IMG/VR virus record: IMGVR_UViG_3300032223_002281 | Span: 1-55,037 of that record | From: a virus | Lineage: Duplodnaviria; Caudoviricetes | Length of the DNA stretch: 55,037 nt | Strand: one strand, 5' to 3' | Part shown: in pieces, positions 8,867-19,299 of the stretch | Numbering within the stretch: the first letter of the stretch is position 1 | Layout of the letters: every line of letters begins with the position of its first letter | The notes under the pieces: generated by a model | Seen by the model: the letters and a program-made list of their open reading frames with translations, nothing else | Databases searched by the model: none | What the model was told of the DNA's origin: nothing | Position numbers and translations under genes: made by a program

Positions 8867-10735
8867 TTAAGCAAGTAATGTTCCAACTAATGTAACTGTT
8901 GAGTTATTGTTAACTGTTGTTACCTGAAGTTGTACATCATTTCCTGCAATACCTGCTGAAACTGATGATGCTGAACCATTTGTTCCAACAATTCCATATT
9001 CAGTAATTGCAATATTGTCAGAAGTATCAAGTGTAACAAGTACCTTTGAAATTTCTGTATGTGATCCATATGCTACCTTTACAAGGAATTCTGCTGAACG
9101 ATAATCAGCCTTAGCCCATGCATATCCTGTTGCAATTCCTGCAACTGGTACTGAAGTTGTTGCTGCAACCTGCTTTGCAACTGAGTTTAACTCAACTGCT
9201 GTAAAGTTTGGAACCACTGCCTCAAGAGCATCTACTGCTCTCTGTGCTGTAAAGTAAAGGTTTGAACCTTCTGTCAAGTCAGATGTTGTGGAATCTGCTA
9301 CACCGTTTTCTGCGGTAATAGTAAGTCCTGCACCTGAACCTGTAATTGTAATATTTGTAAGATTTGCAGAAGTTAAAAGATCTGCTGCTGATGACTTAGC
9401 ACGAGAATCTGTAAAGTATTCATTTGAACCTTCTTCAATATCTGATGTAGTAAGTGCATTAATTGCGCTGTCTGTATAATTTTCAGCATTTTGTTGTGCT
9501 GTTGCAGCAGAACCATTTGCATCGTAATTACCAGCAAGGCTATCTGCGTAGTTTTCAGCATTTTGTTGTGCTGTAGAAGCAGAACCATTTGCATCATAAT
9601 TGCCTGCAAGGCTATCTGCATAGTTTTCAGCATTTTGCTGTGCTGTTGATGCATATCCTTGAGCATTTGTATCTGATGATGACGCTAAACCATCTGCATA
9701 AAGTTCTGCATTACCTTGTGCTGTTGTGGCATAACCTTGCGCTGCTGTATCAACACCTGAAATTTCTGAATCAACATAAGTTGTATCAGCCTTTGCTGCA
9801 ACTAAATTTGCAACATCTGATGCATAATTTGGATTATCAGCAATTGCTGCAGCCAATTCATTAAGTGTATTTAAAAGATCTGGCGCAGAATCTACAAGAT
9901 TTGCTACTGCTGTATCAGTATAGCCTTCTGCTGCAGTGATTGCTTCTGACTTAGCAGTTGCAATAGCATTATTTCTATTTGTAACTTCTGTTGAAATTGC
10001 AGAAGAAATTGCTGAGTTACGATTTGTAACTTCAGAAGAAATTGCAGAATCTGTATATCCTTCAGATGTTGAAATTGCTTGACTCTTAGCAGTTGAAATT
10101 GCTGAGTTGCGATTTGTTACCTCTGTTGAAATTGCTGAATCTGTATAACCTTCAGCAGTAGAAATTGCCTGAGATTTAGCAGTATTTATTGCATTATTAC
10201 GGTTTGTAACTTCTGTAGAAATTGCCGAATCAGTGTAATTTTCAGCATTACCTTGTGCTGTAGTTGCATATCCTTGTGATGCTGTGTCTAGAGAAGAAAT
10301 TTCTCCATTTACATATCCACGAGTTGCAATTTCATTATTTGATGATTTTGCACCATAGTATGCTGATCCATCTGGATTAAGAACGATATCGCCTGAGTCT
10401 GAGTTAAGAGCAATATCATCTGATGCAGAAAGAACGATTCCATTATTAGAACCAACTTCTGTATCTCCATTAACAACATCAATACCGTTGTTTGTTGAAC
10501 CACCAACATAGAGTGTATTTACTGTAACATTGTTAGCAGCAAAATCTCCTGAACCATCACGCTTTACAACTGTGTTTGGTGTATTAGCAGAAGTTGCTGT
10601 TCCACCAATAAGACCAACAATATAGTCTTGATCATCTTGCTTTTTTGTAAGAATGTCGTAACCGTTAATTGTACCTGTTGTACCTTCAACGATAAGCCCA
10701 CTCTTAATTTTAAAATCTTTATTTACTGTTGCCAT
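8867..10735 (-). CDS. Long tail fibre/structural protein with coiled-coil repeats
   Basis: SAISTEVTNRN and AQQNAENYADSLAGNYDANGSA repeats; EGSNLYFT; C-terminal ITEYG domain. Confidence 0.75.
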   Translation of the reverse strand: MATVNKDFKIKSGLIVEGTTGTINGYDILTKKQDDQDYIVGLIGGTATSANTPNTVVKRDGSGDFAANNVTVNTLYVGGSTNNGIDVVNGDTEVGSNNGIVLSASDDIALNSDSGDIVLNPDGSAYYGAKSSNNEIATRGYVNGEISSLDTASQGYATTAQGNAENYTDSAISTEVTNRNNAINTAKSQAISTAEGYTDSAISTEVTNRNSAISTAKSQAISTSEGYTDSAISSEVTNRNSAISSAISTEVTNRNNAIATAKSEAITAAEGYTDTAVANLVDSAPDLLNTLNELAAAIADNPNYASDVANLVAAKADTTYVDSEISGVDTAAQGYATTAQGNAELYADGLASSSDTNAQGYASTAQQNAENYADSLAGNYDANGSASTAQQNAENYADSLAGNYDANGSAATAQQNAENYTDSAINALTTSDIEEGSNEYFTDSRAKSSAADLLTSANLTNITITGSGAGLTITAENGVADSTTSDLTEGSNLYFTAQRAVDALEAVVPNFTAVELNSVAKQVAATTSVPVAGIATGYAWAKADYRSAEFLVKVAYGSHTEISKVLVTLDTSDNIAITEYGIVGTNGSASSVSAGIAGNDVQLQVTTVNNNSTVTLVGTLLA

Positions 10736-10752
10736 TTTTTATATCTCCTTAG

Positions 10753-11199
10753 TTATGCCTTAAGCCCCATACGTGCAAAACGTACAGTGACTGGCTTGAT
10801 CGCTTGATCTGGAGTGACTGTTAAAGCCACGGTATTTCCAGTGCGAGAGACATTAATGGTGCCAATATTCCCATCATTGTCGATTGTGCCATATTCGCTG
10901 ACAGAAACATCTTGTCCGTCAACTAAAATTGTTAATTCTGTAGCATAGAACTTATTGTCCCCTGCTGAAGTTTTAGCGATTGAAACCATGTACTTTACCA
11001 TTCGCCAAACTGTAGCATCAAAGTTATCGATTACTGTTGGGTTTTCAATTCCAGTGATTGTATTTTCATTATTACCTGCTATTCCAAGATCTTGTCCAGA
11101 ACCAGCAAGTGTGTCAATTAAATCCTCATAATCTGCCTGGGTTGGGCGATCACCTGTTTGGAATTTTGACTTTACGGATGCAATTGATACTTTAGCCAT
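10753..11199 (-). CDS. Virion structural protein
   Basis: FQTGDRPTQADYEDLID N-terminus; VSEYG domain paralogous to the C-terminus of 8867-10735. Confidence 0.6.
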   Translation of the reverse strand: MAKVSIASVKSKFQTGDRPTQADYEDLIDTLAGSGQDLGIAGNNENTITGIENPTVIDNFDATVWRMVKYMVSIAKTSAGDNKFYATELTILVDGQDVSVSEYGTIDNDGNIGTINVSRTGNTVALTVTPDQAIKPVTVRFARMGLKA

Positions 11200-11233
11200 G
11201 TTGTAATTATAACATATATTTTAACTAATTTAA

Positions 11234-11455
11234 TTAAAGAATATAATTGCTGTAACCAATAACCTGTAAAGGAATTGCTGGGATCATTCCACGAATGTCT
11301 TGAATTTGTATTGAGGTAAATTTTACTCTAAATGGAAGAATTTCTTCAATAACTGCCGAATGATTTGAATCCTTAATCGTAATTATAGAATAATCTTTTG
11401 GTTCTATAAATTTAACAGAGTTTTTTATATCATCAAATAATATAGATGTTGCCAT
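11234..11455 (-). CDS. Hypothetical protein
   Basis: 73-aa ORF coupled to upstream gene. Confidence 0.5.
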   Translation of the reverse strand: MATSILFDDIKNSVKFIEPKDYSIITIKDSNHSAVIEEILPFRVKFTSIQIQDIRGMIPAIPLQVIGYSNYIL

Positions 11456-11853
11456 TAATCAGTTACATCTTCAAGAATCTTCATGCTACCCTGACAAACT
11501 GTCCAAACTCTTGTTGGATCGGATAACTGAATATCAAAAATGTCTCCTGTTTGAAGTTGAACTGATTGTGCTGCAGTAAGCCAAACTGTAAATTCACCAA
11601 TTTGATCATCGTCATCTGGTGCGGGAGTTAAAGTAAAAATTAATGTGGCGTCATCAGTAATAATTCCAGGAGTAGATACTGGTCTTTTAAATTTCATAGA
11701 TATATTCCAATCTGGAATATTTAAAGGTTGTTTAGCATCATCTGTTGCATATACCCTAAATCCAGAAGTATCCCCACGTACCACAGTCCAAATTACAGTA
11801 GGTGGTTTATTTCCAATATCATATGAAGAGACATTTCCACGAGTTGTAGCCAT
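11455..11853 (-). CDS. BppU-like baseplate/adaptor protein
   Basis: VVRGDT...FDIQL...GSMKI; paralog of 18104 and 19300 genes. Confidence 0.55.
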   Translation of the reverse strand: MATTRGNVSSYDIGNKPPTVIWTVVRGDTSGFRVYATDDAKQPLNIPDWNISMKFKRPVSTPGIITDDATLIFTLTPAPDDDDQIGEFTVWLTAAQSVQLQTGDIFDIQLSDPTRVWTVCQGSMKILEDVTD

Positions 11854-11872
11854 TTTTAAATTATACCATTGA

Positions 11873-12379
11873 TTAGGATAGTCCAGCCTTTAAGGCTCCC
11901 CAAGTTCCATTACCTTTTGCTTCAACTATTATTATCCCAGAAGATGCAGCATGTGCAACAATACCAACTGCACCAGTTCCTGAAGTATTTGTTAAACCAC
12001 CAGTTTCTCCAACATATAAAACATCTCCATTAGAAAATCCTGAAGTATTAATATCTTCTAAAACTCCAGCAACAATACAAATTCCTTCTGAATTAAGATC
12101 TAATGGTTGTTTTAATAAACCAAGAACTGGGTGTGTTGTATTTGGTAAACATTTTCCAACTGTTGTTTTTGTTGTATACCCTTTTGCATAAACTGGAGTT
12201 CCTGCAGGAAGATATTCGCCACTAGAATTAATTACAGAAATTTGAAAAGCAGATAATCCTAATGGTGGCAAAACTATTTTTAATCTATCTGCAAGTGCTT
12301 TAATATCTCCATGCACATTAACTGGATCAGTAGATTCTGGAAATGGTAAGTTAAATATTCCATCATTTGTTGTTGCCAT
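11873..12379 (-). CDS. Virion structural protein
   Basis: LPFPESTDPVNVHGDIKALA; GDVLYVGETGGLT. Confidence 0.55.
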   Translation of the reverse strand: MATTNDGIFNLPFPESTDPVNVHGDIKALADRLKIVLPPLGLSAFQISVINSSGEYLPAGTPVYAKGYTTKTTVGKCLPNTTHPVLGLLKQPLDLNSEGICIVAGVLEDINTSGFSNGDVLYVGETGGLTNTSGTGAVGIVAHAASSGIIIVEAKGNGTWGALKAGLS

Positions 12380-12492
12380 AATAAATAATTATACCATGTT
12401 AAAACTTGACTTTTGGGTTAAAAGTGGGTAAAATTATGTTATACTTATACTAGACACCTACCAAGGTGTTATTGTTTTCTAAGGAGGAAACT

Positions 12493-13050
12493 ATGATGAA
12501 CGAGAAATTAAAAGAACAAGTAATCATTGGAATACTTACGGTGACTGGCATCTTCGCCGTTTTTTCAAATAATGCTAATGCAGTAACAGTTAATAATACT
12601 AATAGTGAACAGTCTCAGCCCGTGATAGCCCCTTCAGGGGCTTTTTTGGTTTCTAAGACTGCAAATCTTAGTAAGTTAACAAAATATGTAAGCCAAGATT
12701 CTTTAACAGACAAACAACTAAAAGATCTTCTTTATAACGTTGGTTTTCGTGGACAACATTTAAAAGAGGCTTGGGCTGTTGCCAAAAAAGAAACTAATGG
12801 CAGACCATATGCTTTTAATAAAAATGGAAAAACAGGAGATAAGTCATATGGCTTATTTCAAATTAATATGTTAAGAGATCTTGGTCCAGATAGAATTAAA
12901 AAGTTTGGACTTAGCGATAATCAAGATCTTTTCAACCCAGTTATTAATGCACAAGTTGCATTTTGGATGTCCAAAGGTGGACTAGATTGGTCTTCTTGGC
13001 ATGGACTTACTGCCGAGACAAAAATGTGGATTAAAAAGTTTCCGATTTAA
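12493..13050 (+). CDS. Secreted lytic transglycosylase / lysozyme-like protein
   Basis: SD AAGGAGG; signal peptide ending NANA; AVAKKETNG...SYGLFQIN...N...WSSW. Confidence 0.8.
   Translation: MMNEKLKEQVIIGILTVTGIFAVFSNNANAVTVNNTNSEQSQPVIAPSGAFLVSKTANLSKLTKYVSQDSLTDKQLKDLLYNVGFRGQHLKEAWAVAKKETNGRPYAFNKNGKTGDKSYGLFQINMLRDLGPDRIKKFGLSDNQDLFNPVINAQVAFWMSKGGLDWSSWHGLTAETKMWIKKFPI
12627..12647 (+). terminator. Terminator-like hairpin inside the transglycosylase CDS
   Basis: AGCCCC-TTCA-GGGGCT-TTTTT. Confidence 0.5.
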
Positions 13051-13972
13051 ATCCTTTTTCTAACATTTTGCTGTAATAAAATTCAGCATAGTGTAATTGG
13101 CGATGAAGCCCTGGGTGTGGAGTTCTAGTAATTTTCTTTCCTGGGGCTTCTCCAATTTTATGATAATCATAACCATAGTCAAAAATATTTGTGTATTGAT
13201 CAAACTCTTTTTGGTGGCAGCCTATAGCATCCCACCCCTTCATCTTATAAAAAGGCAGCAGCCCATCAACTGTTTTAGAATCTATGTAGAACTCAAAATT
13301 AGGTGGGAACTCTTTGCGTACCCGATCCTGAATATAACTATCAAAATTATTAATAAGAAACTTTTCTTGCTCTTCTGATAGTGAGTTAGTCCATGTTGAC
13401 CAGATCAAACTAATATTATTGACTCTACAGAAAGCCTCAAGCATTTGTATGTAGTTTAAGTTATTTTGATATACCCATTCATATGGTATTGTTGCTGAAT
13501 AGTCCCAAGGAGCAGAGTCTTTTGTCTTCCTTGGTTTGTTACCCAAACAATAATCAGTCATCTTGGATCCATCACCAGAAATAAAATAAAACCTTTCAAG
13601 TGGGGCAAAGTTGCAGATAACATAATCAGGTAAATAGTTATATTTATTAATCATGCCAAAGAAACTAGAAATAATCTGATTTACAGACCCTCCGCTATAT
13701 GAGATATTTCCAACTGATAGTCCTGTAAGATCTGAAAGTATGTTTGACCACCTTAGATCTACTGGAAGACCCTGTCCTAGAGTTATAGAGCATCCTAGGG
13801 CTACTATTGGGGGTTTGCTTTCAAACTCTATGGATCTAATACCGTCTGAGTTCCAGCAATAGTTATACTCTTTTCTTGCAACCTCTGCATGAGTTACAAG
13901 TATGTCAGAGACTGGACCTTCGCCTGGTCTTGGATGAGAAATAATTCCAGATTTAAATATATTAAACAGCAT
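13031..13972 (-). CDS. SGNH/GDSL-hydrolase-like protein
   Basis: ALGCSITLGQG...NISYSGGS...PHPG; paralog of 46366-47334. Confidence 0.55.
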   Translation of the reverse strand: MLFNIFKSGIISHPRPGEGPVSDILVTHAEVARKEYNYCWNSDGIRSIEFESKPPIVALGCSITLGQGLPVDLRWSNILSDLTGLSVGNISYSGGSVNQIISSFFGMINKYNYLPDYVICNFAPLERFYFISGDGSKMTDYCLGNKPRKTKDSAPWDYSATIPYEWVYQNNLNYIQMLEAFCRVNNISLIWSTWTNSLSEEQEKFLINNFDSYIQDRVRKEFPPNFEFYIDSKTVDGLLPFYKMKGWDAIGCHQKEFDQYTNIFDYGYDYHKIGEAPGKKITRTPHPGLHRQLHYAEFYYSKMLEKGFKSETF

Positions 13973-14054
13973 TAATATATCCAGTTTTTCTTTTTAATAT
14001 TTTTATACTTTTTATATTCTTTATATTTAAAAAGCATACGCTGTATAAAACTAA

Positions 14055-14258
14055 TCACCATTTACCAAGCGGACAAGTTGCTTCTTCCAGTTTAACCTTA
14101 AGGTGCATCAAACATCCGCACTTAGCACATTGCTTTGTTAAGGAAATAAATTCTGGACACCAATTACAGATATCATATCTTTCTTTAGCAACCTCATCAT
14201 TTGATCTTGGTTTATTGGGATTTAATAGATCCCAAGGTTTAACAGTTTTTTTGTTCAT
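14055..14258 (-). CDS. Small Cys-rich protein (DUF6171-like)
   Basis: RYDICNWCP...CAKCGC...CPLGKW; paralog at 20250. Confidence 0.65.
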   Translation of the reverse strand: MNKKTVKPWDLLNPNKPRSNDEVAKERYDICNWCPEFISLTKQCAKCGCLMHLKVKLEEATCPLGKW

Positions 14259-14340
14259 TTTTACTCCTTATTAAAATTGTATCATAGATCTCTTATAAAT
14301 GGTATTCTAAGCGCCCTTGGTTCTAAAATAATTTAAAATA

Positions 14341-14916
14341 CTAACTAATATCTTTTTCATTTTGTTTTCTAATATTTGTGTATAAATATTCTGGCCCCTC
14401 TGTAAAATACCAATGTTCTGGTTCGCAATAAAAAAAGAAAGCGTTGCAGACTATATTAGTATCGGGATCTGGAAAATCTTCTCTCCAATGCTCTTGATCG
14501 TTTCCATAGGATATCACTGCCTCATTCTCTAAAGGAGTAAACTTCTTTCCTTTTACATAAAAATCCCAGGGAGTTTTTGCAAATACTGTTAGATTTATAT
14601 GATAAGTACAGGCATTATCATCTTTATGCTTCCAAAGTCTTGCTTCTTTACCCTCATAAATGCTAATTAGGCACCAAGATGGCTTTAGTGTTTCTGAGTC
14701 AAACTCTATTTTTGCAGTTGATAAAAGTTTATTATGAAAATATTTTAATGGAAGTAAATGTTCTGGAACTGACTTACCCCATAAAGCCCATTGATGTCTT
14801 CCAAAACCTTTATCAAAAGTACTTTTATCTCTTTGATAAATGTTTATTGCATATTCTTTTAAAACTTTAAAATCTGATTCACTAAAAACATTTTTTATTA
14901 AATATGGATCTTTCAT
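14341..14916 (-). CDS. 2OG-Fe(II) oxygenase
   Basis: LWKHKD...QEHWR facial triad. Confidence 0.75.
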   Translation of the reverse strand: MKDPYLIKNVFSESDFKVLKEYAINIYQRDKSTFDKGFGRHQWALWGKSVPEHLLPLKYFHNKLLSTAKIEFDSETLKPSWCLISIYEGKEARLWKHKDDNACTYHINLTVFAKTPWDFYVKGKKFTPLENEAVISYGNDQEHWREDFPDPDTNIVCNAFFFYCEPEHWYFTEGPEYLYTNIRKQNEKDIS

Positions 14917-14924
14917 GATCTCTC

Positions 14925-16361
14925 CTACTTATTGTGAGTTATGATATCGCCTGCTATAATAATATCGCCTGGTTCTGCACTAAATATATAAACTGGATCA
15001 GCATTAGATAATATATCAATAGAATTGATTTTTGTATTATTATAAAGTCCAGTAGATTGATCATATTTAACAATAATATCTCCTACCTCTAATTCTGCTA
15101 CCATTGCAAATTTCCAAGAATCTACATTATTTTCTAATTTATTAACAAGAATTGGATGCTCTAAAGTAAACTGCACTGATTGATCATCATTAAAATAAAC
15201 AGTTTGTGTTTTATTTAATTCTTGAACATCAACAATTGTAGTGGTTGAATTTTCAATAAATGTTAACGAGTCTGATGACCAAGTAAACACCTCATAATCT
15301 GGAGAATCAATATTTATTTCTGCATAAGAAACAGTCATAATCTCATCTCCAATCTCAATATCCTTTGCTTGTTTTGCAACAATATTTCCATCTGAATCTA
15401 CAAGTGTAATCTTTCCAGTTATTGGATCTATAGACTCTGTACCCAGTGCTGAAGAAAGTCTTATAAAAGTGTTTCCAGAAATACACCTTACTCCATATGT
15501 AGTTGTGGAGAATGAATATGGTGTTGGTGTAGGTGTTGGCGTTGGTGTAGGCGTTGGAGTTGGAGTTGGTGTAGGAGTTGGAGTAGGCGTTGGAGTTGGA
15601 GTTGGTGTAGGAGTTGGTGTAGGCGTTGGAGTTGGAGTTGGTGTTGACACTGGATCACCACAACATTGCCACCCTTGTGGAACTGAATACTGTAAATAAT
15701 TTCCTAAATAGTTAAATCCTAATTCAAGACAAGTTTTTGATGTTGGGTTAGTTGCCTGTCCAGGACATGATGGTGGTGTAGGAGTTGGTGTAGGAGTTGG
15801 TGTAGGAGTTGGTGTAGGAGTTGGAGTTGGTGTAGGAGTTGGTGTGGGAGTTGGAGTGGGAACTGTTGGACAGGTCCAAGATTCTGTTCCTGCTCCAGGA
15901 CATCCTGCAGGAATTACATAAATATCAACACTTATAACAGATCCATTACATACTCTTGCTTCACGATAACTATAAACTGGTGTACAGTTTGGAGTTGGCG
16001 TTGGTGTCGGTGTTGGAGTTGGCGTTGGTGTCGGTGTTGGAGTTGGCGTTGGTGTCGGTGTTGGAGTTGGCGTTGGTGTCGGGGTTGGTGTTGGGGTTGG
16101 TGTTGGTGTCGGGGTTGGTGTTGGAACATATGTATAGTATGTAAATGAAATATTTGTTTCATAATCTACTAGCGTTCCACTAGAAATAGATTGAAAAGAA
16201 ATATGATTATCTAAATTAATATTGTATGTGCCAGTTGATCCAGAATTTAAAAAATTTAAACCAAGAGAAGTTAATAATGCTTGGGCTTCAGTTACAGTTT
16301 TTGTAGATAAGTCTGGTACTGAAACCATTCCTTTAGATGCCCATTGAAATAAATTTAGCAT
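14925..16361 (-). CDS. PASTA-like N-terminus, three (Pro-Thr)n tracts, Cys-rich spacers, C-terminal Hint domain
   Basis: [16 protein letters not shown]; Hint begins CISGNT (Cys codon at 15485), TLEHP, ends IITHN-K-stop. Confidence 0.8.
   Translation of the reverse strand: MLNLFQWASKGMVSVPDLSTKTVTEAQALLTSLGLNFLNSGSTGTYNINLDNHISFQSISSGTLVDYETNISFTYYTYVPTPTPTPTPTPTPTPTPTPTPTPTPTPTPTPTPTPTPTPTPTPTPNCTPVYSYREARVCNGSVISVDIYVIPAGCPGAGTESWTCPTVPTPTPTPTPTPTPTPTPTPTPTPTPTPTPPSCPGQATNPTSKTCLELGFNYLGNYLQYSVPQGWQCCGDPVSTPTPTPTPTPTPTPTPTPTPTPTPTPTPTPTPTPTPTPTPTPYSFSTTTYGVRCISGNTFIRLSSALGTESIDPITGKITLVDSDGNIVAKQAKDIEIGDEIMTVSYAEINIDSPDYEVFTWSSDSLTFIENSTTTIVDVQELNKTQTVYFNDDQSVQFTLEHPILVNKLENNVDSWKFAMVAELEVGDIIVKYDQSTGLYNNTKINSIDILSNADPVYIFSAEPGDIIIAGDIITHNK
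15519..16125 (-). repeat. Three coding (Pro-Thr)n tracts
   Basis: Hexamer repeats at about 15519-15645, 15775-15861 and 15990-16125, with synonymous variation. Confidence 0.95.
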
Positions 16362-16368
16362 CTTATAC

Positions 16369-16998
16369 CTAAGCCGTCAAATCGCCAACAAGCAACCAAG
16401 TATTTGTATCAACTTTTACAAGTACACAACCTGCATATTGAGAAGATATTTTTTTGTTTGAATTCTTGCTATTAATTGTAACGCCAACTGCGCCAGCAAT
16501 AGAAACATTTCCAGTTCCACTTCTTACAATTTCAATTTTTTGTCCATTAGAAAAAGAAGTAGTACTATTTGCTGGAATAGTAATAATTACATCAGATGAT
16601 GAACTTACATTAATTGTTTTACCAGCATGGTCTTTATTTAATTGAAAACTAGATGTTTGAAGTGATAAAGTTGTTGAATCATTGATCCAACGCCATTCTC
16701 CATTGTAATAATATTGAATTTGATTTATAACAAATCCATCATTGTCTTGTCTAATAAAACAAACAATTCCATTTGTTGGAGAAACAATTGCAGCATCTCT
16801 AGCAGTTGGATTTTGAAAATTATTTACTCCAGCCTTTGCATTAATAACCATATCAAAATTAACTACTGAAGAAAAATGTTGATCTGCAGTCCAAGTGTAT
16901 TGTGCATTTGTATTAACTGCCCCACCAATTGCATACCAAGTATCATTTTGTTGATTATAAATATATGCTACTTTTCCATCTGAATTAATTGTTGACAT
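16369..16998 (-). CDS. Tail-associated protein with C-terminal adaptor domain
   Basis: C-terminal ~90 aa paralogous to the end of 5116-6741 ([10 protein letters not shown]). Confidence 0.7.
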   Translation of the reverse strand: MSTINSDGKVAYIYNQQNDTWYAIGGAVNTNAQYTWTADQHFSSVVNFDMVINAKAGVNNFQNPTARDAAIVSPTNGIVCFIRQDNDGFVINQIQYYYNGEWRWINDSTTLSLQTSSFQLNKDHAGKTINVSSSSDVIITIPANSTTSFSNGQKIEIVRSGTGNVSIAGAVGVTINSKNSNKKISSQYAGCVLVKVDTNTWLLVGDLTA

Positions 16999-17110
16999 CT
17001 GATGTAATCCCCAATGCTCTTAATTCTGCTTCTGTAATTCCAGTAACTGAAATTAATTTAGCAATACCACTTTCACGAAGTTGTTGTTCTGTTGTTTTTT
17101 CTTTAGCCAT
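16985..17110 (-). CDS. Small hypothetical protein (41 aa)
   Basis: MAKEKTTEQQLRESGIAKL...; fills the gap with stop/start overlap. Confidence 0.45.
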   Translation of the reverse strand: MAKEKTTEQQLRESGIAKLISVTGITEAELRALGITSDVNN

Positions 17111-17535
17111 TATGCACCTATTGCTCTCCATTGAGTTCCAGACCAAACATATAGTGTTAATGGACTAGTATCGGAATCTACCCATAATGCACCAGTTGAT
17201 GGGTTTGATGGGGCAGATGTTTGATACGAAGAAACTGCATATTGTACATTAGAAGTTGCTGATGTTGTAGAATCTACCCAAATATACCCATTATCAATTC
17301 CTGTAGGTTGTGTAGATGCAACAGAAGACCCTAATGCTTTATCTTTAATTGTTTGAATATCAGTTTCAATGCTATGCAAATGACCAACTAATGAATTTGC
17401 AACAATATCTCCAGTAGTTGCAACTGTATTTGATGTTCCATAATGGTATAACTTTAATGCTGCTTGAATATCAGCGGGATCGTCAAGACCAGGTATTTTA
17501 GTTGGGTAAACTGAACCTATATTTTCTGCAGCCAT
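17110..17535 (-). CDS. Virion structural protein
   Basis: APSNPSTGALWVDSD...VWSGTQW motifs. Confidence 0.6.
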   Translation of the reverse strand: MAAENIGSVYPTKIPGLDDPADIQAALKLYHYGTSNTVATTGDIVANSLVGHLHSIETDIQTIKDKALGSSVASTQPTGIDNGYIWVDSTTSATSNVQYAVSSYQTSAPSNPSTGALWVDSDTSPLTLYVWSGTQWRAIGA

Positions 17536-17543
17536 ACATAAGA

Positions 17544-18101
17544 TTATACCATAGAAATAAACAAATGAACTGTTTTATTACCAGATAAATTAGACCAAGA
17601 ATTATCTATTAGTTCTTTTGCATGTATAGTAATTGGCAAAGCCTGTTCTCCAGAATCAGTATTAATTTCACCAATTTGCAAAGAAGATGCTATTGGATTT
17701 TGCCCCAAAATATTATATTGAACGTTTAGATTACTTGATGTTATTGTAGAAGAGGTAATGTCAATAACTGGAACTAAAACAGTCCATACCCCAGAAACAA
17801 ATGCAATATCTGTATAATTTTTACTATAGAAATTTGAAACAAGTTTAAATAATGGTGTCCAAGAACCATCTACATATTGATACATAAATTGATACTGATC
17901 GTCTGTAGGAGAAATGTTTATTGCAATATCATAAACTAATGGGGTTTCTGGAATATAAGTATTTTGATCATTTGGCTGCCCACTTACGGCATAAATATAA
18001 CTTCCACGTTCACCTGTTGCTCCAAAATCTAATTCTACGTTAATTGTTTCAGGACCACCTAAAACTGCTAAATCATCTGTACTTAAATTTATATCTACCA
18101 T
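17544..18101 (-). CDS. Hypothetical structural protein
   Basis: 185-aa ORF in structural operon; GATGERGS. Confidence 0.55.
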   Translation of the reverse strand: MVDINLSTDDLAVLGGPETINVELDFGATGERGSYIYAVSGQPNDQNTYIPETPLVYDIAINISPTDDQYQFMYQYVDGSWTPLFKLVSNFYSKNYTDIAFVSGVWTVLVPVIDITSSTITSSNLNVQYNILGQNPIASSLQIGEINTDSGEQALPITIHAKELIDNSWSNLSGNKTVHLFISMV

Positions 18102-18103
18102 GA

Positions 18104-18463
18104 TTAAGAAACGCTTACCTGATCCGTGACTGTAATTGATCCAGTTAACACTGTATGAACTTGATTATATGGTGTACCTGATTTGGTAATTTCTACATCA
18201 TAAACATAATTTGTTCCTGCATTTAAATTATTTGCATCCGAAGGTCTTATTGCACACAAAATATATCCTTCAGAAGCATGAAGAATAGAGTATGCTTCGT
18301 GATATGTTGATGATCCAGCAGATCCACGATTTTGTGAAAAAGAAAATTTTACAGAATATCCTGTAAGTGGATAAGGTTGACCAGAAGCGTCTTTTGGATA
18401 AATCCTAAACTCATAAGTATCACCCTTATAATATGAAATATTGTATGTACCTGGAAATGCCAT
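18104..18463 (-). CDS. BppU-like protein
   Basis: YKGDT...YVYDVEI...LTGSITV; leaderless promoter before ATG 18463. Confidence 0.6.
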   Translation of the reverse strand: MAFPGTYNISYYKGDTYEFRIYPKDASGQPYPLTGYSVKFSFSQNRGSAGSSTYHEAYSILHASEGYILCAIRPSDANNLNAGTNYVYDVEITKSGTPYNQVHTVLTGSITVTDQVSVS

Positions 18464-18480
18464 AGAATTATTATACCACG

Positions 18481-19203
18481 TCAAACCACAGAAACATAAA
18501 TACTTTTTAGTTTTCCAATTGCATCAAAATCTGTTCTTATTTGTGGAACTCCACCTGCAGCCCACATATTTTGATCCTCTATAAAAAATTGTTGATCTAC
18601 AGAAATATCATACGTGTATTGATATTTAAACGATCCAATTAACTTTGACGGAGAAAATTTTGTTGATGAAAATAATGTTCTAAACCATACCTCAGTATTA
18701 TTAGTGTATGTTGTTAATTCAAAATTATAGGTTACATTTACAATAGCACCAATCTCCAATGGTTTAAATGTTAAAGATTTTGAATTAAAATTATAAAGGC
18801 TGGTTCCAAAAGCAGATTCTGGCATAAAATTTTCATTTTTAGTTGAACCTTTTTCAATTAATTCTAAAGATACCCAACCATCGTCACCATTTGTTATTCC
18901 AAGTCTTGCTTCTGGCGATTTTAAGTTTGTATAAGATGCCCAACCTGCTTGTTGTCCAGAAGCAGACAAAGAACTTTTTCCATCTTCTCCTTTTGGCCCT
19001 CTGTCACCTTTAGGACCACGAGCACCATCTTTACCAGCATCTCCATCTTTTCCTGGTTCTCCTTTAGGACCTTGCAAACCTTTTGGACCTTCTGGACCAG
19101 GAACTGGAATATATGTTGCCATATCTGTTGAGGGAACTTGCTGCTGTAATACTTGAGAAGCATAAGCATTTTTAGGAAAATCCATATTTTTTGAAACAGC
19201 CAT
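18481..19203 (-). CDS. Collagen-repeat structural protein
   Basis: Gly-X-Y run GPEGPKGLQGPKGEPGKDG... Confidence 0.75.
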   Translation of the reverse strand: MAVSKNMDFPKNAYASQVLQQQVPSTDMATYIPVPGPEGPKGLQGPKGEPGKDGDAGKDGARGPKGDRGPKGEDGKSSLSASGQQAGWASYTNLKSPEARLGITNGDDGWVSLELIEKGSTKNENFMPESAFGTSLYNFNSKSLTFKPLEIGAIVNVTYNFELTTYTNNTEVWFRTLFSSTKFSPSKLIGSFKYQYTYDISVDQQFFIEDQNMWAAGGVPQIRTDFDAIGKLKSIYVSVV

Positions 19204-19299
19204 TTTGTCTCCCCTATTTATTTACTTTATAAGTTTTATTTTCAATTTTTATTACTGGTGGAAGTTGAGGTCTGGGTGTTGTAACTTTTACTACTGCCA

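Noticed and set aside
4202-10509. Q/L/M-rich alternate-frame ORFs within fibre genes
   Set aside because: Products of codon bias in the main frame; no independent start signals.
15469-16162. GV-repeat, ELALVSVL and HQ-repeat ORFs
   Set aside because: Antisense or alternate-frame shadows of the (Pro-Thr)n tracts.
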